Shown one piece after another: positions 1-8,171 of a DNA stretch of 37,195 nucleotides; positions within the stretch are counted from its first letter, which is position 1; each line of letters starts with the position of its first letter. The stretch is from positions 1 through 37,195 of the IMG/VR virus record IMGVR_UViG_3300032335_000219; one strand, 5' to 3'. Source of the stretch: a virus. Taxonomy: Duplodnaviria; Caudoviricetes. The position numbers were made by a program, and so were the translations under genes. The notes beneath the pieces are model-generated. The model saw only the letters and a list, made by a program, of their open reading frames with translations, did not search any database and was not told the DNA's origin.

Positions 1-924
1 GTTGGTCTTTATGCTGGCAGTCAGGCTGCTGGTTCTATTGCTGGTGCCATGGGTGGCAACAAAGATGAAACTGATACCTCTGGCATGACTCAAGCAGAAC
101 TTGATATGGCTAATGCCGTTGCTGCTGCTAACGCTGCAGGACTTGATGTTAACTCACTTATTGCTAGTCCAGCAGGAACACAGTTAAACCTTAATGCTAA
201 TAACCTTCCAGCATTTATGGCTAAGTTTGGTCAATCAACCGCTGGTTTTGTTGGCATTGGTAATGTTGGAATTTTTACTGGTGTTGAAATTGACAAAGAA
301 ATTCCACGCCGTAAATTTGGTGGCACACTTACTGTTCCTACAAAAGAATTAGTGCAACTTCCAGATTGGAACAAAAGATTTCCAGTAGATGCAGCAGGAC
401 TTGCTTCTACAAAACAAAAGTTTGTTGATGCAGGCGTACTTGCACCTACAGATGGAATAGATAAAATTAAAGCAGCATGGGAAGCCTATGGCAAGATGTC
501 ATTAGAGTATAGCCGTGCTGGTCATAATGTTAGTCCATGGGAATTGCTTGCTCTCCAAAAGGGTCTAAGTGGTAGCGGAAGTCAAACTACTACAACTATT
601 GATGTAAGCCCTATTGCAGAAGCAGATATTAAAAATACTGCAAAAAAACAACTTGCTGTATCACTTGGCTTGGCTAATATTGATGATGCAATGTACAAAG
701 ATATTGTTTCTATTGTTCGTAAGAACGAATCTAAACGCCCTACTAAAACAGTACGAACAACCACTGGAAATACTACAAAGGTTAAAACAACACCAGGTTA
801 TGGCACATCAGATGTGCTTGCTGATGTTGAGGAATATGCTAAGAAAGACCCACGGTATGCAGAGTTTCAAACAGCAGATGTGTTTGGCAATGCAATGATT
901 AAAGCGTTAGGACTTAAAGCATAA
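1..924 (+). CDS. Hypothetical virion-associated protein, 5'-truncated
   Basis: Frame is open from base 1, so the ATG at 49 is probably internal. Stop overlaps the next ATG (TAATG). Lies in the structural block. Confidence 0.7.
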   Translation, partial: VGLYAGSQAAGSIAGAMGGNKDETDTSGMTQAELDMANAVAAANAAGLDVNSLIASPAGTQLNLNANNLPAFMAKFGQSTAGFVGIGNVGIFTGVEIDKEIPRRKFGGTLTVPTKELVQLPDWNKRFPVDAAGLASTKQKFVDAGVLAPTDGIDKIKAAWEAYGKMSLEYSRAGHNVSPWELLALQKGLSGSGSQTTTTIDVSPIAEADIKNTAKKQLAVSLGLANIDDAMYKDIVSIVRKNESKRPTKTVRTTTGNTTKVKTTPGYGTSDVLADVEEYAKKDPRYAEFQTADVFGNAMIKALGLKA

Positions 925-1922
925 TGGAATTTAAAAACGGTATTCTTTACTCAAACGGTCAACCATTTACTGGTTCATACGGTGGCAAAACTTACAAGTC
1001 TGGACTTGAATCAACAGAAGCGCCACCAATGGCTACATGGATTATTACTGCGCTTACAACTATTCCAGAACTTAATGCCGTTTATTCAAAGGTAAGAAAC
1101 GCAGACGGTTCATTTAAATATGATGCTGCAACCATTGCCACAATGATTAACGACACTGAGTGGTACCGTTTAAACGGACCAACAGTGGCTCAAAAACTTA
1201 TTGACCGCATTAAAGGCGGAGAGAATAATTACCGTGAAGGTGTTAATGAGTTTCGTCAAGTAGCATCAAAGGTTGCTACAGAACTTGGTTTAGATGCTTC
1301 TGACCCAGCAGTGTCTAGTTACATATCAGCCTTAGGTGAAAACGCATATTTACATAGTTGGTCGCCAACACAACTTGAAGGTGTTATTACAAGTAACACT
1401 GAAATAGTTAAAAAAATTAAAGGTGGATTGTATTCAAAACAAGCAAGTGATATTGCTGATTATGCAAACACAATGGGCACTGTTGTATCTGCTGGAGATA
1501 TGACAAATTATACACAGCGCTTGTTAGGTCTTACTGATAAAAATGGTGTTCGTGTTCGTTCATCTGTTGATGATATTAAAGCAGAGATTCGTAAAAACAC
1601 TGCTACTAAGTACGGTGTCTTTGCTGACCAAATTAACGCTGGTGTAAGCCTTTGGGATTTAACATCTAACTATCGCCAAAAAGTTGCAGATAAATTAGAG
1701 GTTGACCCTGACACTATTAAATGGGATGACCCACTATTTAAAGATGGAAAGATTTTTCAATCTGTTGACCCTAAAGACCCAAGCAAGATTATTGCTCGCC
1801 CACTATGGGAAGCAGATAAAATGATTATGGCTGATGAGCGTTGGCAGTATACAAAAAATGCTGATGCACTGTATATGGGTTATGGCAAAGCAATGTTAAC
1901 TAAGTTTGGGAGGGTCGCATAG
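924..1922 (+). CDS. Hypothetical virion (possibly internal/ejection) protein
   Basis: 332-aa ORF coupled to both neighbours; no motif recognised; function inferred from position only. Confidence 0.6.
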   Translation: MEFKNGILYSNGQPFTGSYGGKTYKSGLESTEAPPMATWIITALTTIPELNAVYSKVRNADGSFKYDAATIATMINDTEWYRLNGPTVAQKLIDRIKGGENNYREGVNEFRQVASKVATELGLDASDPAVSSYISALGENAYLHSWSPTQLEGVITSNTEIVKKIKGGLYSKQASDIADYANTMGTVVSAGDMTNYTQRLLGLTDKNGVRVRSSVDDIKAEIRKNTATKYGVFADQINAGVSLWDLTSNYRQKVADKLEVDPDTIKWDDPLFKDGKIFQSVDPKDPSKIIARPLWEADKMIMADERWQYTKNADALYMGYGKAMLTKFGRVA

Positions 1923-3304
1923 TGGCAGTTCCAGATAAAGCAAAACCTGATACCGCTGTTAGAGTTCAACCTGGCGATACACTTAGTGCTATTGCTAAAG
2001 CCAATAACACTACAGTAAGTCAAATTATTGCCTTAAACCCAAAGTTTACTTCCGACCCTAAGTATAACGGCGGTAATACAATATTTAGCAATACTCTTGT
2101 AAACATTAAACCTGCTACACCTACTTCTTCACCCATCAATACAACTGGACCATTTAATCCACAAGGTGGTGTAGGTACAACACCATACGGTCCGACTGCT
2201 ACTACACCAACAACTACTACACCAACTACTACCACTCCAACCACAACTACTCCTACTACTACAACACCTACTACCGTTACGCCAAGTGGTGATGGTTCTA
2301 ATACAAATACAGGTGCTGGTGTAAGCCCTACTCAGGTAGATGGCGGAGGAGCCACTGGTGGCATGCCAGGGGGTGCTACAGGGTTCTCTGGGGGTTTTAC
2401 CCAGGCTGACATTGATAAGGCATTTAAGGCGGGCGAGGCAGCAGCAGCCAAGGTTGCAGCAGATAATATTTATGCCAACAAGGTTAAGGCTTCCGATAAG
2501 TTAGTTACTCTTTTTAAGGCTCAAGGTATTGATGACCCTGGGTTTGCTAAATTTATTAGCGATAACATTATGAACGATGTATCTGAGGCACAAACACTTA
2601 TTGACATTTATGACCAACCAGTATACAAATTACGCTTTCCTGGTATGGAAGCATTGCGTAAGAAAAACCGTGCAATTACAGAAGATGCATATATTAAAGC
2701 AGAAAACCAAATAGTTCAAACATTAAGGTTTTTTGATTTACCAGTTGGTTTCTACGATAACCGCACTATGCTTGGTTCAATCATTGGTAATGAGGTATCA
2801 CCTAAAGAAGTACAAGATAGAGCACAGGCTGCACAAGATTTGGTTAAGGCTACTAATCCAGAGATTCGCACAGCCCTTAAAGAGTTCTATAATATTAGCG
2901 AAGGTGATATTACTGCCAATTTCCTTAATGGAGATTTGGCTGGACCATTGCTTCTTAAGCAAGCACGAGCAGCAGAAATTGCTGGTATAGCAAAGACAGC
3001 AGGCTTTAGTAGTTTTGCAAAGGCAGAAGCACAAACTCTTGCTGAACAAGATGTTTACAAGAATATGAGTTTAACTGATTTAACTACTGGCATTGGTAGA
3101 GCAGGTACACTTGCTGCTACACAAAGCAGACTTTCTTATCTTGAGAATCAAACTTACTCAGATAGAGAAGCATTACAAGCAACTCTTGAATCTGACCAAC
3201 AGGCAATCCTTGCATCACAACGCAGAGCAGCCCGTGAAACCGCACGCTTTAGCGGTAGCAGTGGATTAAGTTCTGGTTCATTAAAACAATCTAGCGGAAT
3301 ATAA
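1922..3304 (+). CDS. LysM-domain virion protein with Pro/Thr-rich linker
   Basis: N-terminal VRVQPGDTLSAIAKANNTTVSQIIALNP fits LysM; (PTTTT)n follows; helical-looking C-terminal region. Confidence 0.85.
   Translation: MAVPDKAKPDTAVRVQPGDTLSAIAKANNTTVSQIIALNPKFTSDPKYNGGNTIFSNTLVNIKPATPTSSPINTTGPFNPQGGVGTTPYGPTATTPTTTTPTTTTPTTTTPTTTTPTTVTPSGDGSNTNTGAGVSPTQVDGGGATGGMPGGATGFSGGFTQADIDKAFKAGEAAAAKVAADNIYANKVKASDKLVTLFKAQGIDDPGFAKFISDNIMNDVSEAQTLIDIYDQPVYKLRFPGMEALRKKNRAITEDAYIKAENQIVQTLRFFDLPVGFYDNRTMLGSIIGNEVSPKEVQDRAQAAQDLVKATNPEIRTALKEFYNISEGDITANFLNGDLAGPLLLKQARAAEIAGIAKTAGFSSFAKAEAQTLAEQDVYKNMSLTDLTTGIGRAGTLAATQSRLSYLENQTYSDREALQATLESDQQAILASQRRAARETARFSGSSGLSSGSLKQSSGI
2192..2283 (+). repeat. 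Degenerate 15-bp coding repeat encoding about six PTTTT units
   Basis: PTATTPTTTTPTTTTPTTTTPTTTTPTTVTP with varied synonymous codons. Confidence 0.9.
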
Positions 3305-3310
3305 AAGAAT

Positions 3311-3396
3311 CCCCACCCTGATACACCAGCCCAGGGGGGCGTAAAAGCCTGGTAGCAATAGCCGACATAGTTTCCCCGAATTATGCCGAGGATTGC
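3311..3396 (+). promoter_or_regulatory. Structured leader (pseudoknot plus hairpin) upstream of scaffold/capsid genes
   Basis: CCCTG 3316-20/CAGGG 3332-36; loop ACCAG 3325-29 complementary to CTGGT 3349-53; second stem GCAAT 3355-59/ATTGC 3392-96 and CATAGTT 3366-72/AATTATG 3379-85. Confidence 0.5.
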
Positions 3397-3426
3397 GAAT
3401 ACAACTAACGAAAGGGAGATAGGTAG

Positions 3427-3894
3427 ATGGCTACCAATTATGATGATGATGACTTCTTTGATGAGGACAATGAGCCTCAGGATGTTGTCAAACAACTACG
3501 CAAGGTAAATCGTACGCTTGAAAAGCGTTTGAAAGAACTTGAAGTAGAGTCAACAACTCTAAAGAATCAAACTCGTCAGCGCACCGTAAAGGATGTACTG
3601 ACAGCAAAGGGTGTCAACCCAAAGGTTGCAGCGTTCATACCTCAAGATATTGAAATTACTGAGGAAGCAGTTTCTAACTGGCTTAATGAATATGGCGATG
3701 TATTTGGTGTTAAGCAAGAGTCACAAGAAGGCGAGAGCCAGGCTCAGAACCCTGCACTACAAGCACAAAAGCGTATCAATGAAGTTGTATCAACAGGTAC
3801 TCCACCAGGAGTAGATGAAGATTCACTAGCAAAGATTTTAAACGCTAAGAGTGCTTCGGAACTCAGTGCATTACTCGGTGTTTCAGTTCAATAA
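3427..3894 (+). CDS. Capsid scaffolding protein
   Basis: Acidic N-terminus, coiled-coil character, directly upstream of the major capsid gene; SD AAGGGAG. Confidence 0.75.
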   Translation: MATNYDDDDFFDEDNEPQDVVKQLRKVNRTLEKRLKELEVESTTLKNQTRQRTVKDVLTAKGVNPKVAAFIPQDIEITEEAVSNWLNEYGDVFGVKQESQEGESQAQNPALQAQKRINEVVSTGTPPGVDEDSLAKILNAKSASELSALLGVSVQ

Positions 3895-3927
3895 CTTAAA
3901 CTACCAATCACCAGGAGGTGAACCCAC

Positions 3928-5097
3928 ATGGCATACACAGATTCGTCAGCACTCGCTGGCTTAGTCAAAACAGCGTATGACCGCTATGTAGAGTTTGCGC
4001 TTCGTTCACAGCCACTGATTCGTTCAGTAGCCGACAAGCGCCCTGCTCAACAGGCAATGCCAGGTTCAAGCGTTGTATTCTCAATCTATAACGACTTGGC
4101 ACCAGCAACAGCATCACTCTCAGAAACAACTGACCCAGATGCAATAGCACTGTCAGATGTAACAACAGTTTCTGTAACACTTAACGAGTACGGAAATGCA
4201 TCACTTGTAACACGCAAGTTGCAACTGTTCTCACTATCCGATGTTGACCCTGCAGTTGCAGACATCATCGCTTACAACATGGCTGACTCACTAGACAGAC
4301 TTGCAATGAACACACTTCGTTCAGGCGACAATGTTATTTACGGTGGCTCACGCACATCAACTGCAACAATCACATCATCAGACACAATCACTGCGGCTAA
4401 TATCCGCCGTGCTGTGGCTAAACTTCGTTCAAACAAGGCTGTTCCTCGTGAAGGTTCACTTTACTGGACAGGTATCCACCCAGAAGTTTCACACGACCTT
4501 CGTGCCGAAACTGGCGTTGGTGGATGGAACGACATGCACAAGTACGCAGAAACTGGCACAGGTAATTTCTGGGCTGGTAACATCGGAACTTACGAAGGTT
4601 CTTTCTTTGTTGAAACACCTCGTATGTACCGTGGCGTAGATGGTGCAGACCAGACAGCACTTGCTACAACAGCAGTAACTGTTGCTGGCGCATCAGGTGG
4701 ATTTACACTTGGTGTTGCTTCTTCATCTGTAGTTGCTACTTCTGCAGAAGCAGGAGATAAGATTTCAGGCACAGGTATTGCATCTGGCGCATTGATTTCT
4801 TCTTTGGTTACAGTTGGTTCAACAACAACAATTACTGTAAACACTGCACACACTGCAGCGGTTACAGCAACAACTGTTATCACAGTAACTCCAGAAACAC
4901 CTGTTTACCGCACAATTATTGCTGGAAAGCAAGCATTGGCTGAGGCAGTTGCACAGGAGCCAAATGTTGTCATCGGTCCAGTTACTGACAAGTTGCTTCG
5001 TTTCCGACCAATCGGTTGGTACGGCGTACTTGGCTTTAGCCTTTACCGTCAGGCAGCCCTTTACCGCATTGAAACTGGTTCTTCAATCGCTGGTTAA
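3928..5097 (+). CDS. Major capsid protein (N4-gp56-like, HK97 fold) with inserted domain
   Basis: Strong SD AGGAGGTG; motifs VTLNEYGN, IHPEVSHDLR, GNIGTYEG, DKLLRFRPIGWYG; strongly biased codons. Confidence 0.9.
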   Translation: MAYTDSSALAGLVKTAYDRYVEFALRSQPLIRSVADKRPAQQAMPGSSVVFSIYNDLAPATASLSETTDPDAIALSDVTTVSVTLNEYGNASLVTRKLQLFSLSDVDPAVADIIAYNMADSLDRLAMNTLRSGDNVIYGGSRTSTATITSSDTITAANIRRAVAKLRSNKAVPREGSLYWTGIHPEVSHDLRAETGVGGWNDMHKYAETGTGNFWAGNIGTYEGSFFVETPRMYRGVDGADQTALATTAVTVAGASGGFTLGVASSSVVATSAEAGDKISGTGIASGALISSLVTVGSTTTITVNTAHTAAVTATTVITVTPETPVYRTIIAGKQALAEAVAQEPNVVIGPVTDKLLRFRPIGWYGVLGFSLYRQAALYRIETGSSIAG

Positions 5098-5107
5098 GTA
5101 ATTGTAG

Positions 5108-5140
5108 TAGAGGGGGCAGGTTCGCTTGCCCTCTCTCTAC
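5108..5140 (+). terminator. GC-rich hairpin after the capsid gene (terminator or 3' stabiliser)
   Basis: AGAGGGGGCAGG-TTCG-CTTGCCCTCTCT stem-loop; no clear U-tract. Confidence 0.55.
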
Positions 5141-5158
5141 ACCAATAAAGGAGAAACA

Positions 5159-5431
5159 GTGGCAGAGTATTTATTTGTAACACCCAGTGTTGAAGAAACA
5201 CCTATGGGCTGGCACCGACTTCTTGAGCGTTATTCTATTGCTCGTGGCGTAACAGTAATGATGATAGATGGCATGTATTCTTCCTATCGCTACCCAGCAC
5301 AAACTGAAATTGCAACAGCAACAGAAGTATACTTAGGTGGGCGTAGATATATTATTGACGAGGCAACCAAAAATCGCCTTACCAATCCAACAATCGGTGG
5401 CAACTACGGAGATTACATAACAGAATTATGA
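5159..5431 (+). CDS. Hypothetical protein
   Basis: GTG at 5159 follows SD AAGGAG; the track start at 5126 lies inside the hairpin. Confidence 0.7.
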   Translation: MAEYLFVTPSVEETPMGWHRLLERYSIARGVTVMMIDGMYSSYRYPAQTEIATATEVYLGGRRYIIDEATKNRLTNPTIGGNYGDYITEL

Positions 5432-5700
5432 ACCTACATCAAAAACAAACACACCCAGAATTTGTTGAAGGTTGCTTTGGTTGTAAATTAGGAACACTTC
5501 AACTATCATCTGGCGATGCTGCAGGTAATAAAAATATGTCCCAAAAGAAATGGGATGCAGAATTAAATCTTTACAAGTCTGCTCGTGAACAAGGTATACA
5601 ACCAGCAGGCACCTCTACTAGATTAGTACAAAAAGCAATAGATGATTCAAACAAAGTAGGCAAAGCCTACGATGCAAACACTAATAGTTTTAAGGGGTAA
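5428..5700 (+). CDS. Hypothetical protein with H-x4-H and CxxC motif
   Basis: ATGA overlap; HQKQTHPEFVEGCFGCK. Confidence 0.7.
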   Translation: MNLHQKQTHPEFVEGCFGCKLGTLQLSSGDAAGNKNMSQKKWDAELNLYKSAREQGIQPAGTSTRLVQKAIDDSNKVGKAYDANTNSFKG

Positions 5701-5702
5701 AC

Positions 5703-6407
5703 ATGACTGCCATCGTAGGTATTCAGGGAAAAGGCTGGGCAGTAATAGCAGCAGATTCCATGACTACCTATGATGACAAACCGTACTATGCAAAAGGTAT
5801 GGATAAAGTTATCAAAAAAGGTGACTATGTATTTGCTTTCTCAGGCGATGCCATTGCAGGCAACATAGCAAACTTTCTTTGGACACCACCTAAAATTATT
5901 AAATCAATATCAATAGATGTATTTATGCAGACCAAAGCCTTACCCTCTCTGCGTGAAACTATGAAAGATAATGGATACGAACCAGATACTGTTAAAAATC
6001 CAGATGCTGGTTTTGATGCTCTTATCTGTTTAAACGGAATCATTTATGAAGTAGACCAGGATTATCTCTGGTCACGAGATGACCGTGGCTTATACGCAGT
6101 TGGTAGCGGAGGAAGCCTAGCCCTTGGCGCATTAGCCACTGGCTTTAGTAAGAACTCTATTAAGGCAGCAGAGTTTGCTGCTCGTAGAGCAATCAAGATT
6201 TCTGCCGACTACAACATAAGCGTTGGTGGAGATGTCAAAGTAATCACACAAAGGGGAAACACAATGCCAGCAATGAAGAAAAAAGCAGTATCACCAGCAA
6301 TGAAAAAGAAGGCTTATGCAATGGCTGAAAAGGCTGAGTCAAAATCTGCAAAGGCTAAAGAAATGAAAAAAGGCATGTCAATGCTTATGAAGAAGAAAGG
6401 CAAGTAA
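5703..6407 (+). CDS. Proteasome-beta/HslV-like Ntn hydrolase with Lys-rich tail
   Basis: M-T-AIVGI...VIAADS N-terminal Thr motif, K at the expected position, SGD, AVGSGG, AIKISADYNISVGG. Confidence 0.8.
   Translation: MTAIVGIQGKGWAVIAADSMTTYDDKPYYAKGMDKVIKKGDYVFAFSGDAIAGNIANFLWTPPKIIKSISIDVFMQTKALPSLRETMKDNGYEPDTVKNPDAGFDALICLNGIIYEVDQDYLWSRDDRGLYAVGSGGSLALGALATGFSKNSIKAAEFAARRAIKISADYNISVGGDVKVITQRGNTMPAMKKKAVSPAMKKKAYAMAEKAESKSAKAKEMKKGMSMLMKKKGK
6264..6407 (+). CDS. Small Lys/Met-rich basic protein from an in-frame internal start
   Basis: SD AAGGGG 6251-56 before ATG 6264; abrupt composition change to MPAMKKKAVSPAMKKK... Confidence 0.55.
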   Translation: MPAMKKKAVSPAMKKKAYAMAEKAESKSAKAKEMKKGMSMLMKKKGK

Positions 6408-6530
6408 ATGTGTGCAGTATGTGGATGTGGAACGACAGTAGTAAATCAAGATGACAATTATGGAACAATTAACCCGTATGGCATCACTGCCCCTGAGGTC
6501 AATAATCCAACTACTCTTGGTGGAAAGTAA
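6408..6530 (+). CDS. 40-aa peptide with N-terminal MCxxCGC (not in ORF track)
   Basis: MCAVCGCGTTVVNQDDNYGTINPYGITAPEVNNPTTLGGK; starts right after the previous stop with SD AGAAAGG. Confidence 0.65.
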   Translation: MCAVCGCGTTVVNQDDNYGTINPYGITAPEVNNPTTLGGK

Positions 6531-6539
6531 AGAAAACAA

Positions 6540-6797
6540 ATGTCAGACCCAAGACTAAAGCGAGCAGGAGTATCAGGTTTCAATAAACCTAAGCGTACAC
6601 CGAGCCATCCAACAAAGTCACATGTAGTTGTGGCTAAATCTGGTGACCAGGTTAAAACTATTCGCTTTGGTCAACAGGGCGTTAGTGGAGATAAAACTCC
6701 AACAGCAAGACAAAAATCATTTAAGGCTCGCCATGCAAGCAATATTGCCAAAGGCAAAATGAGTGCAGCGTATTGGGCAGATAAGGTGAAATGGTAA
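6540..6797 (+). CDS. Conserved-type small basic phage protein
   Basis: KTIRFGQQG...RQKSFKARH...SAAYWADKVKW pattern; function unknown. Confidence 0.75.
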   Translation: MSDPRLKRAGVSGFNKPKRTPSHPTKSHVVVAKSGDQVKTIRFGQQGVSGDKTPTARQKSFKARHASNIAKGKMSAAYWADKVKW

Positions 6798-6961
6798 TGG
6801 CTAAGAAAAAAGAAGTATGGGATAAACCAAACCCTAAGAAAAAATCTACACCTTTGTCACCTACTGCTAAAGCATCTGCTAAGGCTGCTGCTAAAAAGGC
6901 TGGCAGAAAATACCCCAATCTTGTGGACAACATGAGAGCAGCACAAAAGAAAGGCAAGTAA
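6797..6961 (+). CDS. 54-aa Lys/Ala-rich basic protein (not in ORF track)
   Basis: MAKKKEVWDKPNPKKKSTPLSPTAKASAKAAAKKAGRKYPNLVDNMRAAQKKGK; TAATG coupling; fills the gap exactly. Confidence 0.75.
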   Translation: MAKKKEVWDKPNPKKKSTPLSPTAKASAKAAAKKAGRKYPNLVDNMRAAQKKGK

Positions 6962-6963
6962 TT

Positions 6964-7239
6964 ATGGCTACAGGTTATGCAGGCTCCACACTCGTTGCTG
7001 AGTTAAATAGACTTGCCAATTCTGGCACATACCCAGACCGTACTCTTTTCCTAGATGCACCAGGTGCAGCCAATAAATGGGCTGGCACTACTGGTAAAGA
7101 TTTACTAGGAGCATTGAACTACAAGGCTAGTTCATCTCGCCAACCAAATAACTTTAAAGGTTTAAACGCAGTATGTAATGAACTTGCTAGTACAACTGAC
7201 AAGTCTGCAGTATCAGCCCTAAGGAGCATAGACCTGTGA
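6964..7239 (+). CDS. Hypothetical protein
   Basis: 91-aa ORF with SD, GTGA overlap with the next gene. Confidence 0.7.
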   Translation: MATGYAGSTLVAELNRLANSGTYPDRTLFLDAPGAANKWAGTTGKDLLGALNYKASSSRQPNNFKGLNAVCNELASTTDKSAVSALRSIDL

Positions 7240-8159
7240 GCACTCTTGAACAACTTACTGACCGTGTAGATACACTTTTACATGGCTACAGTTTAAACAT
7301 GGAATCAACCACATGGTTAACTGGCGCTATCACAACTACAACCCAAACAACTATTTCTGTTTATGATTCTAATGTTGTAAGCCGTGGCTTTATTCAAATT
7401 GATGATGAAGTTATGTATGTTACCTCTACAAATAACATTGACAATACCCTCACCCTTGCACCATGGGGTCGTGGTCAGCGTGGCACTGGAGCAGCAACGC
7501 ATGACAACTCATCTAAGGTAATGGTAGCCCCACTGTTTCCTCGTTTTGAAATTAAGCGTGCTATTAACGACACACTCAATGCAATGTATCCAGATATATT
7601 TGCTATTGGTCAATACCAGTTCCCATTTATTGCTGCTCGTACAACTTATGATGTTCCAGATGTAATACAAAATATTTTGTCTGTAACTCACCATGTTATT
7701 GGTCCATCTCAAGAGTGGTTACCAGTTCGTGCGTGGCAATTAGATAGAACAGCAAACCCAGCACAATACGGTACAAACGGTGCATTTGGACATACCCTTG
7801 GTATCTACTCACCAGTAGTTCCAGGTCGTATTGTTAATGTGGCTTACTCAAAGCGCCCAACACTTTTTGACATTACACAATTACCATCAGTTACACAAGA
7901 ATACTCAACGGTAACTGGCATGCCTGACTACTCAGAAGATGTAGTTATTTATGGCGCAGCCTTTCGTATGATTTCTTTCTTAGACCCATCACGCCTTGGC
8001 GCACTATCTGCAGAAGCAGATGTGCTTGATAACCAGCGTGGAGCACGAAGTGGTGAGAACGCATCACGCTTCTTGTTCAATGTTTACAACACTCGTCTTA
8101 AGGAAGTGGCGGAGAACCAACGCCGTCAGTTCCCTATTCGTTCACACTATCAGAGATAA
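7236..8159 (+). CDS. Putative head-tail adaptor / tail tubular protein
   Basis: Position, size and an adaptor-like N-terminal helix; contains an IDDEVMYV...RGQRGTGAATH insert. Confidence 0.5.
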   Translation: MSTLEQLTDRVDTLLHGYSLNMESTTWLTGAITTTTQTTISVYDSNVVSRGFIQIDDEVMYVTSTNNIDNTLTLAPWGRGQRGTGAATHDNSSKVMVAPLFPRFEIKRAINDTLNAMYPDIFAIGQYQFPFIAARTTYDVPDVIQNILSVTHHVIGPSQEWLPVRAWQLDRTANPAQYGTNGAFGHTLGIYSPVVPGRIVNVAYSKRPTLFDITQLPSVTQEYSTVTGMPDYSEDVVIYGAAFRMISFLDPSRLGALSAEADVLDNQRGARSGENASRFLFNVYNTRLKEVAENQRRQFPIRSHYQR

Positions 8160-8171
8160 GGTAACCCCACC

